Assembly: GCA_017528085.1 (NCBI GenBank)
Contig: JAFXPH010000006.1
Span: 4,376 to 68,375, forward strand
Length of the DNA stretch: 64,000 bases
Direction of reading: 5' to 3'
Source: Clostridia bacterium
GTDB lineage: Bacteria; Bacillota; Clostridia; TANB77; CAG-508
Below, in pieces: positions 1 through 9,000 of the stretch. The first letter of the stretch is position 1, and each line of letters begins with the position of its first letter. The translations under genes were made by a program, and so were the position numbers. The notes below the pieces were generated by a model that was given only the letters and a program-made list of their open reading frames with translations, made no database searches and was not told where the DNA came from.

Positions 1-81
1 GTAGTTGTTTATAGGGTTCTCTTGTGTTTGAGGATTATTTACCTCGGCTTTTACTTCATTAATTGAATTATCGTTCTCCAT
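1..81 (-). CDS. hypothetical protein, N-terminal fragment (gene continues past window start)
   Basis: minus-strand ATG at 81..79 preceded by GGAGGT RBS (complement of ~86..91); ORF open to position 1 (MENDNSINEVKAEVNNPQTQENPINNY...). Confidence 0.45.
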   Translation of the reverse strand, partial: MENDNSINEVKAEVNNPQTQENPINNY

Positions 82-182
82 ATTTACCTCCCTTTTTTTT
101 ACTCTTTATACATCATATAACATTTCAAGAAAAAATTAAATATTATTTGGTATTTTTTATAAAAAAAACCATTACTTTTTTA

Positions 183-211
183 TTGAAATATTTATTTCGT
201 AAATATATAAT
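183..211 (+). promoter_or_regulatory. sigma-A-type promoter, TTGAAA - 17 nt - TATAAT
   Basis: consensus-like -35 TTGAAA (183..188) and perfect -10 TATAAT (206..211) with 17-nt spacer, ~40 nt upstream of the 252 start. Confidence 0.5.
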
Positions 212-251
212 AATTCTATAATATTAAAAAAATCTTAAAGTGGAGAAGTCT

Positions 252-812
252 ATGTATAAATCTGTTAAAAAAGGCGAAAAAGGTATAACTTTAGTAGTCT
301 TAGTAATTATTATAATTGTACTTTCAATTATCTTAGGAGTTACGTATACAACGATTAGAGGATTAATTCAATCAACAAATGCAAAAAAATATGCAACTAT
401 TATGTACATGTTAAAAAGTCAGATTGAAAAATCTTATGATGAGTATTCTTTCTCAGGAGAAAGAAGTGATTTAATTGGTACAAAAATCGACATAAGAGCT
501 GCCAAGACTGAAGCAAAGCTAACGGAAATACTAAGAAGTGAAGTAAATACTGTAGATTATAATAAGTATTACTTAAAAGATTCTGATGGATACAACGCTA
601 CATGTGAATTTTGGTATATGATAGATTTAGACACTTTAAAGTCAATAGGTATTGATGGAAGCAAAATAGCTGATAATGATACAAGGGTATTTATTGTAAA
701 TTACGTTACTAATGAAATAATCTATACTCCAGGTTATAAATTAACTTCTAAAGGAGATAGTGGACAAATAGAAAGAACATTTTATACATTAAGAAGTATA
801 GAGGACTTTTAG
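252..812 (+). CDS. type IV prepilin-like / pseudopilin-like small protein (basic leader, G, then hydrophobic helix), function unknown
   Basis: GGAGAAG RBS then ATG at 252; N-terminus MYKSVKKGEKG|ITLVVLVIIIIVLSIIL resembles class III signal peptide (charged leader-G-hydrophobic stretch) but lacks Glu at +5. Confidence 0.4.
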   Translation: MYKSVKKGEKGITLVVLVIIIIVLSIILGVTYTTIRGLIQSTNAKKYATIMYMLKSQIEKSYDEYSFSGERSDLIGTKIDIRAAKTEAKLTEILRSEVNTVDYNKYYLKDSDGYNATCEFWYMIDLDTLKSIGIDGSKIADNDTRVFIVNYVTNEIIYTPGYKLTSKGDSGQIERTFYTLRSIEDF

Positions 813-813
813 A

Positions 814-1440
814 ATGAAGGAAAAAGAAGAAGAAAGACTTAAACTTTTAAAACAACTAGAACTTAGCTTATATGATGACAAAGTAAAATATATTTGTGGA
901 ATTGATGAAGCAGGAAGAGGACCATTAGCAGGACCAGTTGTAGTTGGAGCTGTTATTATGCCAAAAGAGTCATTTATCGAAGGAGTAAATGATTCAAAGA
1001 AGGTTTCAGAAAAGAAAAGAGAATTGCTATTCGATAAAATAACTTCAGAAGCAGTTGCTTATTCAGTAGGAATTGTAGATCAAGAAAAAATTGATGAGAT
1101 AAACATACTAGAAGCGACAAGACTTGCTGTTCATCAAGCATTAGAAAAAATAGAAGTAAAACCAGATTTAATAGTAGTAGATGCTCTAACAAATATTGAT
1201 ACATTTGGAATTCCTTACATGTCAATTATAAAGGGAGATGCTAAAGTGTATTCAATATCAGCAGCATCAATTATTGCTAAAGTAACAAGGGATAGAATGA
1301 TGCAAGAGTGGGATGAGATATTCCCTGAATATGGATTTGCAAAACATAAAGGATATGGAACTAAGGACCATATAAATGCAATAAAAACATATGGACCAAC
1401 TCCAATACATAGGAAGACATTTATAAAGAATTTTATATAA
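814..1440 (+). CDS. rnhB: ribonuclease HII
   Basis: GIDEAGRGPLAGPVV catalytic motif, ~208 aa, typical RNase HII size. Confidence 0.9.
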   Translation: MKEKEEERLKLLKQLELSLYDDKVKYICGIDEAGRGPLAGPVVVGAVIMPKESFIEGVNDSKKVSEKKRELLFDKITSEAVAYSVGIVDQEKIDEINILEATRLAVHQALEKIEVKPDLIVVDALTNIDTFGIPYMSIIKGDAKVYSISAASIIAKVTRDRMMQEWDEIFPEYGFAKHKGYGTKDHINAIKTYGPTPIHRKTFIKNFI

Positions 1441-1468
1441 ATTAAATGTACAAATGAAAGGAAATAAT

Positions 1469-2773
1469 ATGGATATTAAAAGTATTATTGTAAAGAAAAG
1501 AAGCAGAGATGTTTTAAATGACGATGAAATTAAATATTTCGTTTCAAAAATGACTAAAGGCGAAATAACTGAAGCTCAAATAGGAGCATTACTAAGTTAC
1601 ATCTACACAACTGGACTTACAGAACAAGAACTTGTATGTTTAGCTCAAGCAATGGCAAATTCAGGAGATAAAATAGATTTGTCAGATGTAGCAGATAACA
1701 TCGTTGACAAACACTCAACTGGCGGTGTTGGTGATAAAGTAACTTTAATACTTATACCAGTTATAGCTGCACTTGGAATTCCAGTAGGAAAGATATCTAG
1801 TAGAGGCTATGGTATTACAGGAGGAACACTGGATAAACTTGAATCTATTCCAGGATTTAATGTTAATATCTCAATTGAAGATTTTAAAAAGCAAGTTAAA
1901 GAAGTTGGAGCAAGTATAATAGGACAAAAGTTGAATCTAGCACCAGCAGAAACTATAATGTACAAAATCAGAAATCAAGTTGCTTGCCAAGATAGTCTTC
2001 CAATAATTGCTGCAAGTTTAATGAGTTTAAAATTAGCTACTGGAGCAAACAAGATAGTATTTGATATTACTTGTGGAAAAGGAACATATGTAAAAAATCT
2101 TGAAGAGGCAAGAAGACTTGGAAAACTTTTAATTAGGCTTGGAAAGAATTTAAAGAAAGATGTAGCTTGCATTATAACTGATATGGATGAACCACTTGGT
2201 TATTCAGTCGGTCATAATTTAGAGATAGAAGAAACAATTAATGCACTTAATGGAAAGATGCCAGAAGATTTAGGAAATGTTGTTGTTACTTTAGGTACAG
2301 TAATACTAAATCTAGTAAATGGCAAAAAGAATGATGAAGAGCATAAAGAAGCAATAAAAGAAGTACTTAGAAATGGTGCTGCATACGAGAAATTTAAAGA
2401 AATAGTAAAAGCCCAATCAGGTGATTTAAGCTATGTTGAAAATGTTGATAAATTTGAAAAAGCAAAATATATAGTACCAGTTTATGCAGAAAAAGATGGA
2501 ACTATAGAATCAGTTGATGCTGATATTGTAGGAAGTATAGCAATATATATAGGTGCTGGTAGAACAAAAGAAAACAATGAAGTAAATCATAGATCAGGAA
2601 TAACAATACTTAAGAAAAAAGGAGATCCAGTATCTACTGGAGAAACTTTAGCTTATATACATTCAGATGATGAATCTAAAATTAAAGGTGCAACTGAAAA
2701 TTTAAGAGATGCATTTAAAATTACTAATAAGAAAGTTCAGTTTAAATCAAATATTTTAGATATATTATATTAA
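1469..2773 (+). CDS. pdp: pyrimidine-nucleoside (thymidine) phosphorylase, copy 1
   Basis: DKHSTGGVGDK phosphate-binding motif, ~435 aa; RBS AAAGGAAA before ATG 1469 (ORF track start 1454 lacks RBS). Confidence 0.85.
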   Translation: MDIKSIIVKKRSRDVLNDDEIKYFVSKMTKGEITEAQIGALLSYIYTTGLTEQELVCLAQAMANSGDKIDLSDVADNIVDKHSTGGVGDKVTLILIPVIAALGIPVGKISSRGYGITGGTLDKLESIPGFNVNISIEDFKKQVKEVGASIIGQKLNLAPAETIMYKIRNQVACQDSLPIIAASLMSLKLATGANKIVFDITCGKGTYVKNLEEARRLGKLLIRLGKNLKKDVACIITDMDEPLGYSVGHNLEIEETINALNGKMPEDLGNVVVTLGTVILNLVNGKKNDEEHKEAIKEVLRNGAAYEKFKEIVKAQSGDLSYVENVDKFEKAKYIVPVYAEKDGTIESVDADIVGSIAIYIGAGRTKENNEVNHRSGITILKKKGDPVSTGETLAYIHSDDESKIKGATENLRDAFKITNKKVQFKSNILDILY

Positions 2774-2788
2774 TATTAAGGGGTACAT

Positions 2789-4093
2789 ATGAATATTATT
2801 GATATTATTGAAAAGAAAAAAATATCTAGAGAATTAACAAAGCAAGAAATAGAGTTTTTTATTAATGGTTATACAGATGGTTCAATTGCAGATTATCAAG
2901 CTGCTGCATTAATAATGGCTATATGTATAAATGGTATGACACAAAATGAAATCCTTAATTTAACATTAGCTATGGCAAACTCAGGAGAGACTTTGGATTT
3001 GTCAGAAATATCTGATAATATCGTTGATAAACATTCTACAGGAGGTGTTGGAGATAAAATAACTTTAATTTTATCACCAATTATAGCTGCACTTGGAGTT
3101 CCTGTTGCTAAGATGAGTGGAAGAGGATTAGGAATTACAGGAGGAACAGCTGATAAACTTCAATCAATACCTGGATACAATACAGAAATATCAATAGATG
3201 ATTTTAAGAGAAATGTAAAAGATATTGGTATAAGTTTAATTTCTCAAACATTAAACTTAGCACCAGCTGATAAAAAAATATATGCATTAAGAGATAGTAT
3301 AGGCTGTACTAACAGCATTCCTCTTATTGCATCAAGTATAATGAGTAAGAAAATTGCAGCTGGAGCAAGTAATATAGTTTTAGATGTTACTTGTGGAAGC
3401 GGTGCATTTATGAAAGATAGAAAAGAAGCTGAAAAATTAGCCAAGATGATGAATCTAATTGGAGAATGGGCTCATAGAACTACAATTAGTATAATAACTA
3501 ATATGGATGAACCACTAGGACATGCAGTAGGAAATTCTTTAGAAGTTGTTGAATCAATTAACTTCTTAAAAGGTGATATGCCAGAAGATGTAAAAGAAGT
3601 AGTATTTACAATGGGTTCATATATGCTTAAACTTGCAGGAAAAGGAAATGACTTAAAACAAAATAGAGAAAAAATTCAAGCAGTAATAGATAGTGGAGAA
3701 GCATTTGAAAAATTTAGAGAACTTGTTATAAGACAAGGCGGAGATGTTTCATTTATAGATAATCCTGAAAAGTTTGAAAAAGCTCCTATTATTGTTCCAG
3801 TAGTAAGTAGAAGAGAAGGATATGTTCAAAGTTTAAACGCTGAAGTAGTAGGAAAAGCCGGAGTTGAACTAGGCGTTGGAAGAAAGAAAAAAGAAGATTC
3901 TATAGATCCAAGACTAGGATTCATCTTTGTTAAGAAAACTGGCGATTATGTAGATGATAATGAAGTGTTAGCATATGTTCATGCACCTGATGCTGAAAGA
4001 GCAGAAGAGGCTGTAAATAGAATTTTAGAAGCATATGATATTAGTTCACTAAAGCAAATTAAGAAGAATAATATACTAGAAGTTTTATACTAA
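2789..4093 (+). CDS. pdp: pyrimidine-nucleoside (thymidine) phosphorylase, copy 2 (tandem paralog)
   Basis: same DKHSTGGVGDK motif and colinear similarity to the upstream gene; RBS AAGGGG. Confidence 0.85.
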   Translation: MNIIDIIEKKKISRELTKQEIEFFINGYTDGSIADYQAAALIMAICINGMTQNEILNLTLAMANSGETLDLSEISDNIVDKHSTGGVGDKITLILSPIIAALGVPVAKMSGRGLGITGGTADKLQSIPGYNTEISIDDFKRNVKDIGISLISQTLNLAPADKKIYALRDSIGCTNSIPLIASSIMSKKIAAGASNIVLDVTCGSGAFMKDRKEAEKLAKMMNLIGEWAHRTTISIITNMDEPLGHAVGNSLEVVESINFLKGDMPEDVKEVVFTMGSYMLKLAGKGNDLKQNREKIQAVIDSGEAFEKFRELVIRQGGDVSFIDNPEKFEKAPIIVPVVSRREGYVQSLNAEVVGKAGVELGVGRKKKEDSIDPRLGFIFVKKTGDYVDDNEVLAYVHAPDAERAEEAVNRILEAYDISSLKQIKKNNILEVLY

Positions 4094-4120
4094 GAGGAAA
4101 AACACAAAGGAGAAATATTG

Positions 4121-5527
4121 ATGGAAGAAACAAAATACCTAAAAGAAAAATTATTTAATGACAAGAAAAATGGTTGGTTTAGAATGACTGATGAAATGTC
4201 AGATAAAATCATGCAATATGCAGAAGAATATATGTATTTCATCAACAGATCTAAAACAGAAAAAGAAGCATTTAACAGTGTTAAAGATATTCTAATCAAA
4301 AATGGCTTTGTTGACATTGCAGAAAAAGAAGAACTAGTTCCAGGTGATAAAGTTTTCTTTGGAAATAGAAATAGATCAATATATATGGCGGTAATAGGAA
4401 GTGAACCATTACTAAATGGAGTAAGGGCAATTGGAGCTCATATAGATTCACCAAGAATAGATTTGAAACAAAATCCACTATATGAAGAAAATGAATTTGC
4501 TATGCTCAAAACTCAATATTATGGTGGAATTAAAAAGTACCAATGGACAAATATTCCACTTGCAATGCATGGTATATTCGTAAAACCTACAGGTGAAAAA
4601 ATAAATGTTGTTATTGGAGAAGATGAAGAAGATCCTGTATTTACAATCAGTGATTTATTACCACATCTTGCCCAAGATCAACTAGCAAGAAAACTATCAG
4701 AAGGCGTTAAAGGTGAAGAACTTAATATTTTAGTTGGTAGTAGACCATATGATGATGAAAGTATAACAGAAGCAGTAAAATTAAATGTTTTAAAACTATT
4801 AAATGATAAATATGGAATTACAGAAATCGACTTTACAAGTTCAGAAATCGAGTTTGTTCCAGCTTTAAAAGCAAGATCAATAGGACTTGATTCTAGCATG
4901 GTTGGTGGATATGGACAAGATGACAGATCATGTTCATATGCAGCATTAAGAGGAATTTTAAATTTATCAGAATTAAAGAAAACAGCAGTATGTATTTTAA
5001 CAGATAAAGAAGAAATTGGTTTTATGGGTAATACTGGAATGGAGTCAAGAACATTTGACTTCTTTATGGCAGAACTATTAAATAAAACTAATTCAAATAA
5101 ACCAAACGCTTTGGAAGAAATGTATTCTAAATCAAAAGTAATATCAGCAGATGTTGATGCTGCTTATGATCCAACATATGCTAGTGTATTTGAAAAAAGA
5201 AATTCAGCATTCATGGGTAAAGGTGTTACAATAGTAAAATTTGGCGGAGTAAAAGGTAAAGCGAATGCATCAGAAGCATCTTGTGAAATGGTTGCAGAAT
5301 TAAGAGATGTTTATGATAAAGCAGGTGTTAAATATCAATCATCTCAACTACATAAAGTTGACCAAGGCGGTGGAGGAACAATAGCTATGGTTCTTGCAAA
5401 TAAAGGAATGGATGTTATTGATTCAGGAATTCCAATACTTGGAATGCATTCACCATATGAAATAAGCAGTAAATATGACTTATATCAAGCTTTTATTGGT
5501 TATGAAGCGTTTTACAAATATGAATAG
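4121..5527 (+). CDS. M18-family (aspartyl-type) aminopeptidase
   Basis: size ~468 aa and motifs GAHIDSP, GGGGT, HSPYE typical of peptidase M18; RBS AAAGGAG 7 nt before ATG 4121. Confidence 0.75.
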   Translation: MEETKYLKEKLFNDKKNGWFRMTDEMSDKIMQYAEEYMYFINRSKTEKEAFNSVKDILIKNGFVDIAEKEELVPGDKVFFGNRNRSIYMAVIGSEPLLNGVRAIGAHIDSPRIDLKQNPLYEENEFAMLKTQYYGGIKKYQWTNIPLAMHGIFVKPTGEKINVVIGEDEEDPVFTISDLLPHLAQDQLARKLSEGVKGEELNILVGSRPYDDESITEAVKLNVLKLLNDKYGITEIDFTSSEIEFVPALKARSIGLDSSMVGGYGQDDRSCSYAALRGILNLSELKKTAVCILTDKEEIGFMGNTGMESRTFDFFMAELLNKTNSNKPNALEEMYSKSKVISADVDAAYDPTYASVFEKRNSAFMGKGVTIVKFGGVKGKANASEASCEMVAELRDVYDKAGVKYQSSQLHKVDQGGGGTIAMVLANKGMDVIDSGIPILGMHSPYEISSKYDLYQAFIGYEAFYKYE

Positions 5528-5534
5528 AGGATAA

Positions 5535-5566
5535 AAAATAGTAGTTTAAAACTACTATTTTTTTTG
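5535..5566 (+). terminator. rho-independent terminator
   Basis: hairpin AATAGTAGTTT/AAACTACTATT followed by T-run. Confidence 0.7.
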
Positions 5567-5658
5567 CTTAAAAATTAGTAAAAAAATCGGCTAAAAGTAT
5601 TGAAAATGGGGCGTTAAAGTGTTATAATTATTATATATGGACTAATATTAAAGAAGGG

Positions 5659-5919
5659 ATGAAAAAAGTGACTATTTTTAAATTAAATTTAGATGCAATT
5701 TGGCAATTATATGTTTTGTTTGGATTACCAATTTTCTTTTTAGCTATGGTGGTTAGGTATGTAGCTATTAATAGAAAATCTAAGTTTTTAAAAAGGTGTT
5801 CAACAATTGTTATTATAATTTGTATACCACTTCTAGTCTTAAGTTTACTAGAAGCACTAGGTGTTGACACACATATTCCAATTTTTAATTATAGTTTATA
5901 TAATGTATTTGGAGAATAA
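5659..5919 (+). CDS. small two-TM membrane protein, unknown function
   Basis: 86-aa ORF with two hydrophobic helices; antisense ORF 5631..5870 judged spurious. Confidence 0.35.
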   Translation: MKKVTIFKLNLDAIWQLYVLFGLPIFFLAMVVRYVAINRKSKFLKRCSTIVIIICIPLLVLSLLEALGVDTHIPIFNYSLYNVFGE

Positions 5920-5936
5920 AAATTAAATAAGATAGT

Positions 5937-5977
5937 AGGCTTTCAGAAAATCATTTTCTGTGAGCCTTTTTTATTTT
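5937..5977 (+). terminator. rho-independent terminator (imperfect stem)
   Basis: GGCTTTCAGAAAA..TTTTCTGTGAGCC hairpin then TTTTTT. Confidence 0.45.
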
Positions 5978-6098
5978 TCAAATAGGTAAAAAATATATAA
6001 TTTTTTTATTAATTTGTAGAAAAAATTTTTTCTATAGTATACAATTAAATAGAACTATTATATGAAAATAATTTAAGTATAAAATAGAGGTAAAAAGT

Positions 6099-9000
6099 AT
6101 GAGTATTTTCTATGAAGAGGGTAATGAAGAAGAAGATGATGATTTAGACCCAAATAAGAAACAAAACGATGGTCAAGAAGATGAATCAAGTGAGTTTGAA
6201 GATGAGATTAGGGATAAATTAAAAGAAGAATTAAAGGAAAGAGATCAAGCAAAGAATCAGGAGCAAGCTAATAAAGACACTACTCAATCAAATCAAAATG
6301 GACAAGCTGAAGGTTCAAACAATACTCAAGGACAAGGAAATGGAACAGATTCTGCTCAAACTGGTTCTCAAAATGGACCACAAAATGGACCTCAAAGTGG
6401 ACCAGAAACGACTGGACAAGGACCAAGTACTTCAGGTACTACACCAAATGCTGCATCAGGTACAGCAAATGCAACTACTAATGCTACTAATGCAGGTGTT
6501 AATGCAGGAAGTAATGCAGCAGCTAGTACAACAGCAAGTACTGGAGCAGCTGGAACTGCAGGTGGAACTGCAGCAGCAGGTGCAGGTGGAGCAACAGCAG
6601 CAGGAGGAGCCGCAGCAGGAGGTTCAGCAGCAGCAGCTGGTGGAACTGCCGCAGCAGGTGCAGCTAGTGCCGGTGGAGCCGCAGCAGCAGGAGGTGCAGC
6701 AGCTGGTCTTGGAGTTGTACTATTCTGGGTATTAGTAGTTGCAATTATTTTATTTATTTTGATAGGTATAATTGCATTCTTATTAACAATGCCTGGTGTA
6801 GCATTGGCTAAATTAAAACAATTATTTGGAGTTTTGAAACAAGCCGTTGTAGCTTTCTTCGGTGGAGATACAACACAAATGATAGCTAACCAAGACATGT
6901 ATGATATTATGGATTACATAGAATCTATGGGTTATGACTTAAAAGGTGATGGATACTTAACTGAATTCTATGGAAGAGATTATTTAGCAAGTAGTGAATT
7001 TATAGATAGAATTAAACAAGATAACGAAGAAAGAGTAGAGAAAACTGGTGATACAAGTAAAAACTTACCAGAAGATACAACTGAAGGTTTTAGTTATGAA
7101 AACGGTGCAATAAGATATGGAGATAAGATAGCTGTTGCAGATAGTGATTTCTTAACTACATATATGATGAGTGATAACTATTGTTATACTGTAAAAAACT
7201 TTAACTTAGCTACTCAACAATCTGATGACAACTGGATTCAATCAATTTGGCATGGTATTGTAGCCCTTGCAGAAAAAGTTAATAGATGGGCCGCAAATCT
7301 AGTTGGGGCAAGTACAAAATCTGCTTCTAGATGGGGCAAGGGTATGATTTACCTAAAAGAAAGAAGTGCTTCTAGACAGAATGAATGGGATTGGGAAAAA
7401 CTTCCAGAATGGGCAAATGGATATACTTTATTCAAAGGTTCAAAAAGTGCTGAATTAGATGCAGGTGCACAAACTTTAACAATTAAAACAACGGAATGGT
7501 TTACATCAACTAAGATTGAATATTCACTTGAAGGTTGGACAGGCCGTTATGGTATGCCAATAGAATTCTTGCTTGCTATACATCAAGCAACAAGAATGCC
7601 TGACTTACCAATGAGTATGGTTGATTATTTCCCAACAACAATAAATATTGTATTAAATTCCGGAACAGTAGATGTTGATGCTATGGCTGTTGGTACTAAA
7701 GATACTCTAAGTAAAAGAGAAATTAAAGGTGACGGTTTATGGGATTGGCTTACTGGTGGAGGAGTAAATGAAATACAAATGTGTATAAAATATGGCTTCT
7801 GTGCTCCAGATTGTGAAGGAGTAGATGATAAAATCACAGGAGAACATGTTAATTGTTGTAATCAAACAATTCCTGAAGGTACAGACATAATGGAATATAC
7901 AGATCTTTCTATTTGCGATGCTTGTAAAACATATATGGATGGAATTACATCAGGAATTCAAGAGACAAATAGAGAAAATGCTGATACATATATACCATTT
8001 ATCCATAGCGTAAAAAATCATTGGTATAGAGATGTATTATTTGTAGCAAAGAGAGATAGCGAAGTAATAAATATTGATGATGATTATGAATTATTAATGG
8101 ATGAAAGATGGACTTTATACGATACAGATGATAATGGAAATACAATTTGGTATAAAGTTGACGAAAATGGAGAAACAACAAATGAAAAATGGAATGGAAC
8201 TAAAAAGGAAGCTCTAGAGGCTGGTGTAGCAGTTGCTAGAAAGGCTAAATTATCAAAACTAGAAGATAAATTTAAACCAGAAGGTTCAGATGACGAGAAA
8301 AATAAAGAGTTCCAAGGTGATTGGTGGACAGCATATTCATTTACTGATCAACAATCATCAGCTAAAGAAAAAGCATTCCCTGAGGAACCTCCAGAGAGTG
8401 GAAAAAGCCAAGTTTATTATGTTATGACTTTCACATCTGGTTATCCTAAACAATTAGAAGACGGTCAAAGAACAGAAACAAATAATATAATTAAAGATTT
8501 ATTCTTGAATAAATATTATTTGGCTTATAATGGTCAAGGGGATACAGCAGAAGAAATTTATAATTTAAGAAAAGAATTTTTAAGCAATAAGAGTTATAAT
8601 ACAGATCCAGAGTATGCAACAATGCCAGATGGTTCATATTATTATGGACCTATTCCAGATAATATGATTGAAAAAATGCTTACTACTACAGAGGCAGGCG
8701 GAAAGATTCTAAATAAAGAAGATGAGACATATGTAATGGCAAATCCTAACTATAATGCTCAACAGGAAGCAGTTTCAGGAGATGATCCTACAGCAGAAAA
8801 TGGAAATGTTTCTCATGAGAAATTAAACTTAGTAAATTACATTGCGCTACCTTCAGTAGACTCAAAAGCATTAGAAGCATTTACAATGTTAGAACATATG
8901 CATTCAGTTGATGCAGACTTTATTTATAAAGATTTTAAAGAATTAATAGTAGAACTTGGATATTTTGACAAAGAAGCATTAGCAGATCATATACCAGAGT

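Noticed and set aside
974-1225. Antisense ORFs inside rnhB, pdp, the aminopeptidase and other genes (e.g. 974..1225, 1975..2172, 3244..3444, 4678..4899, 7625..7837)
   Set aside because: They are fully embedded opposite well-supported genes, lack RBSs, and give Leu/Phe/Ser-rich translations typical of AT-rich antisense frames.
6298-6898. ORFs 6298..6735 (+, alternate frame) and 6392..6898 (-), giving Gln/Leu-rich or Pro/Ala-rich proteins
   Set aside because: They are frame shadows of the GC-rich low-complexity tract within the giant gene. The in-frame reading continues uninterrupted for 1918 codons.
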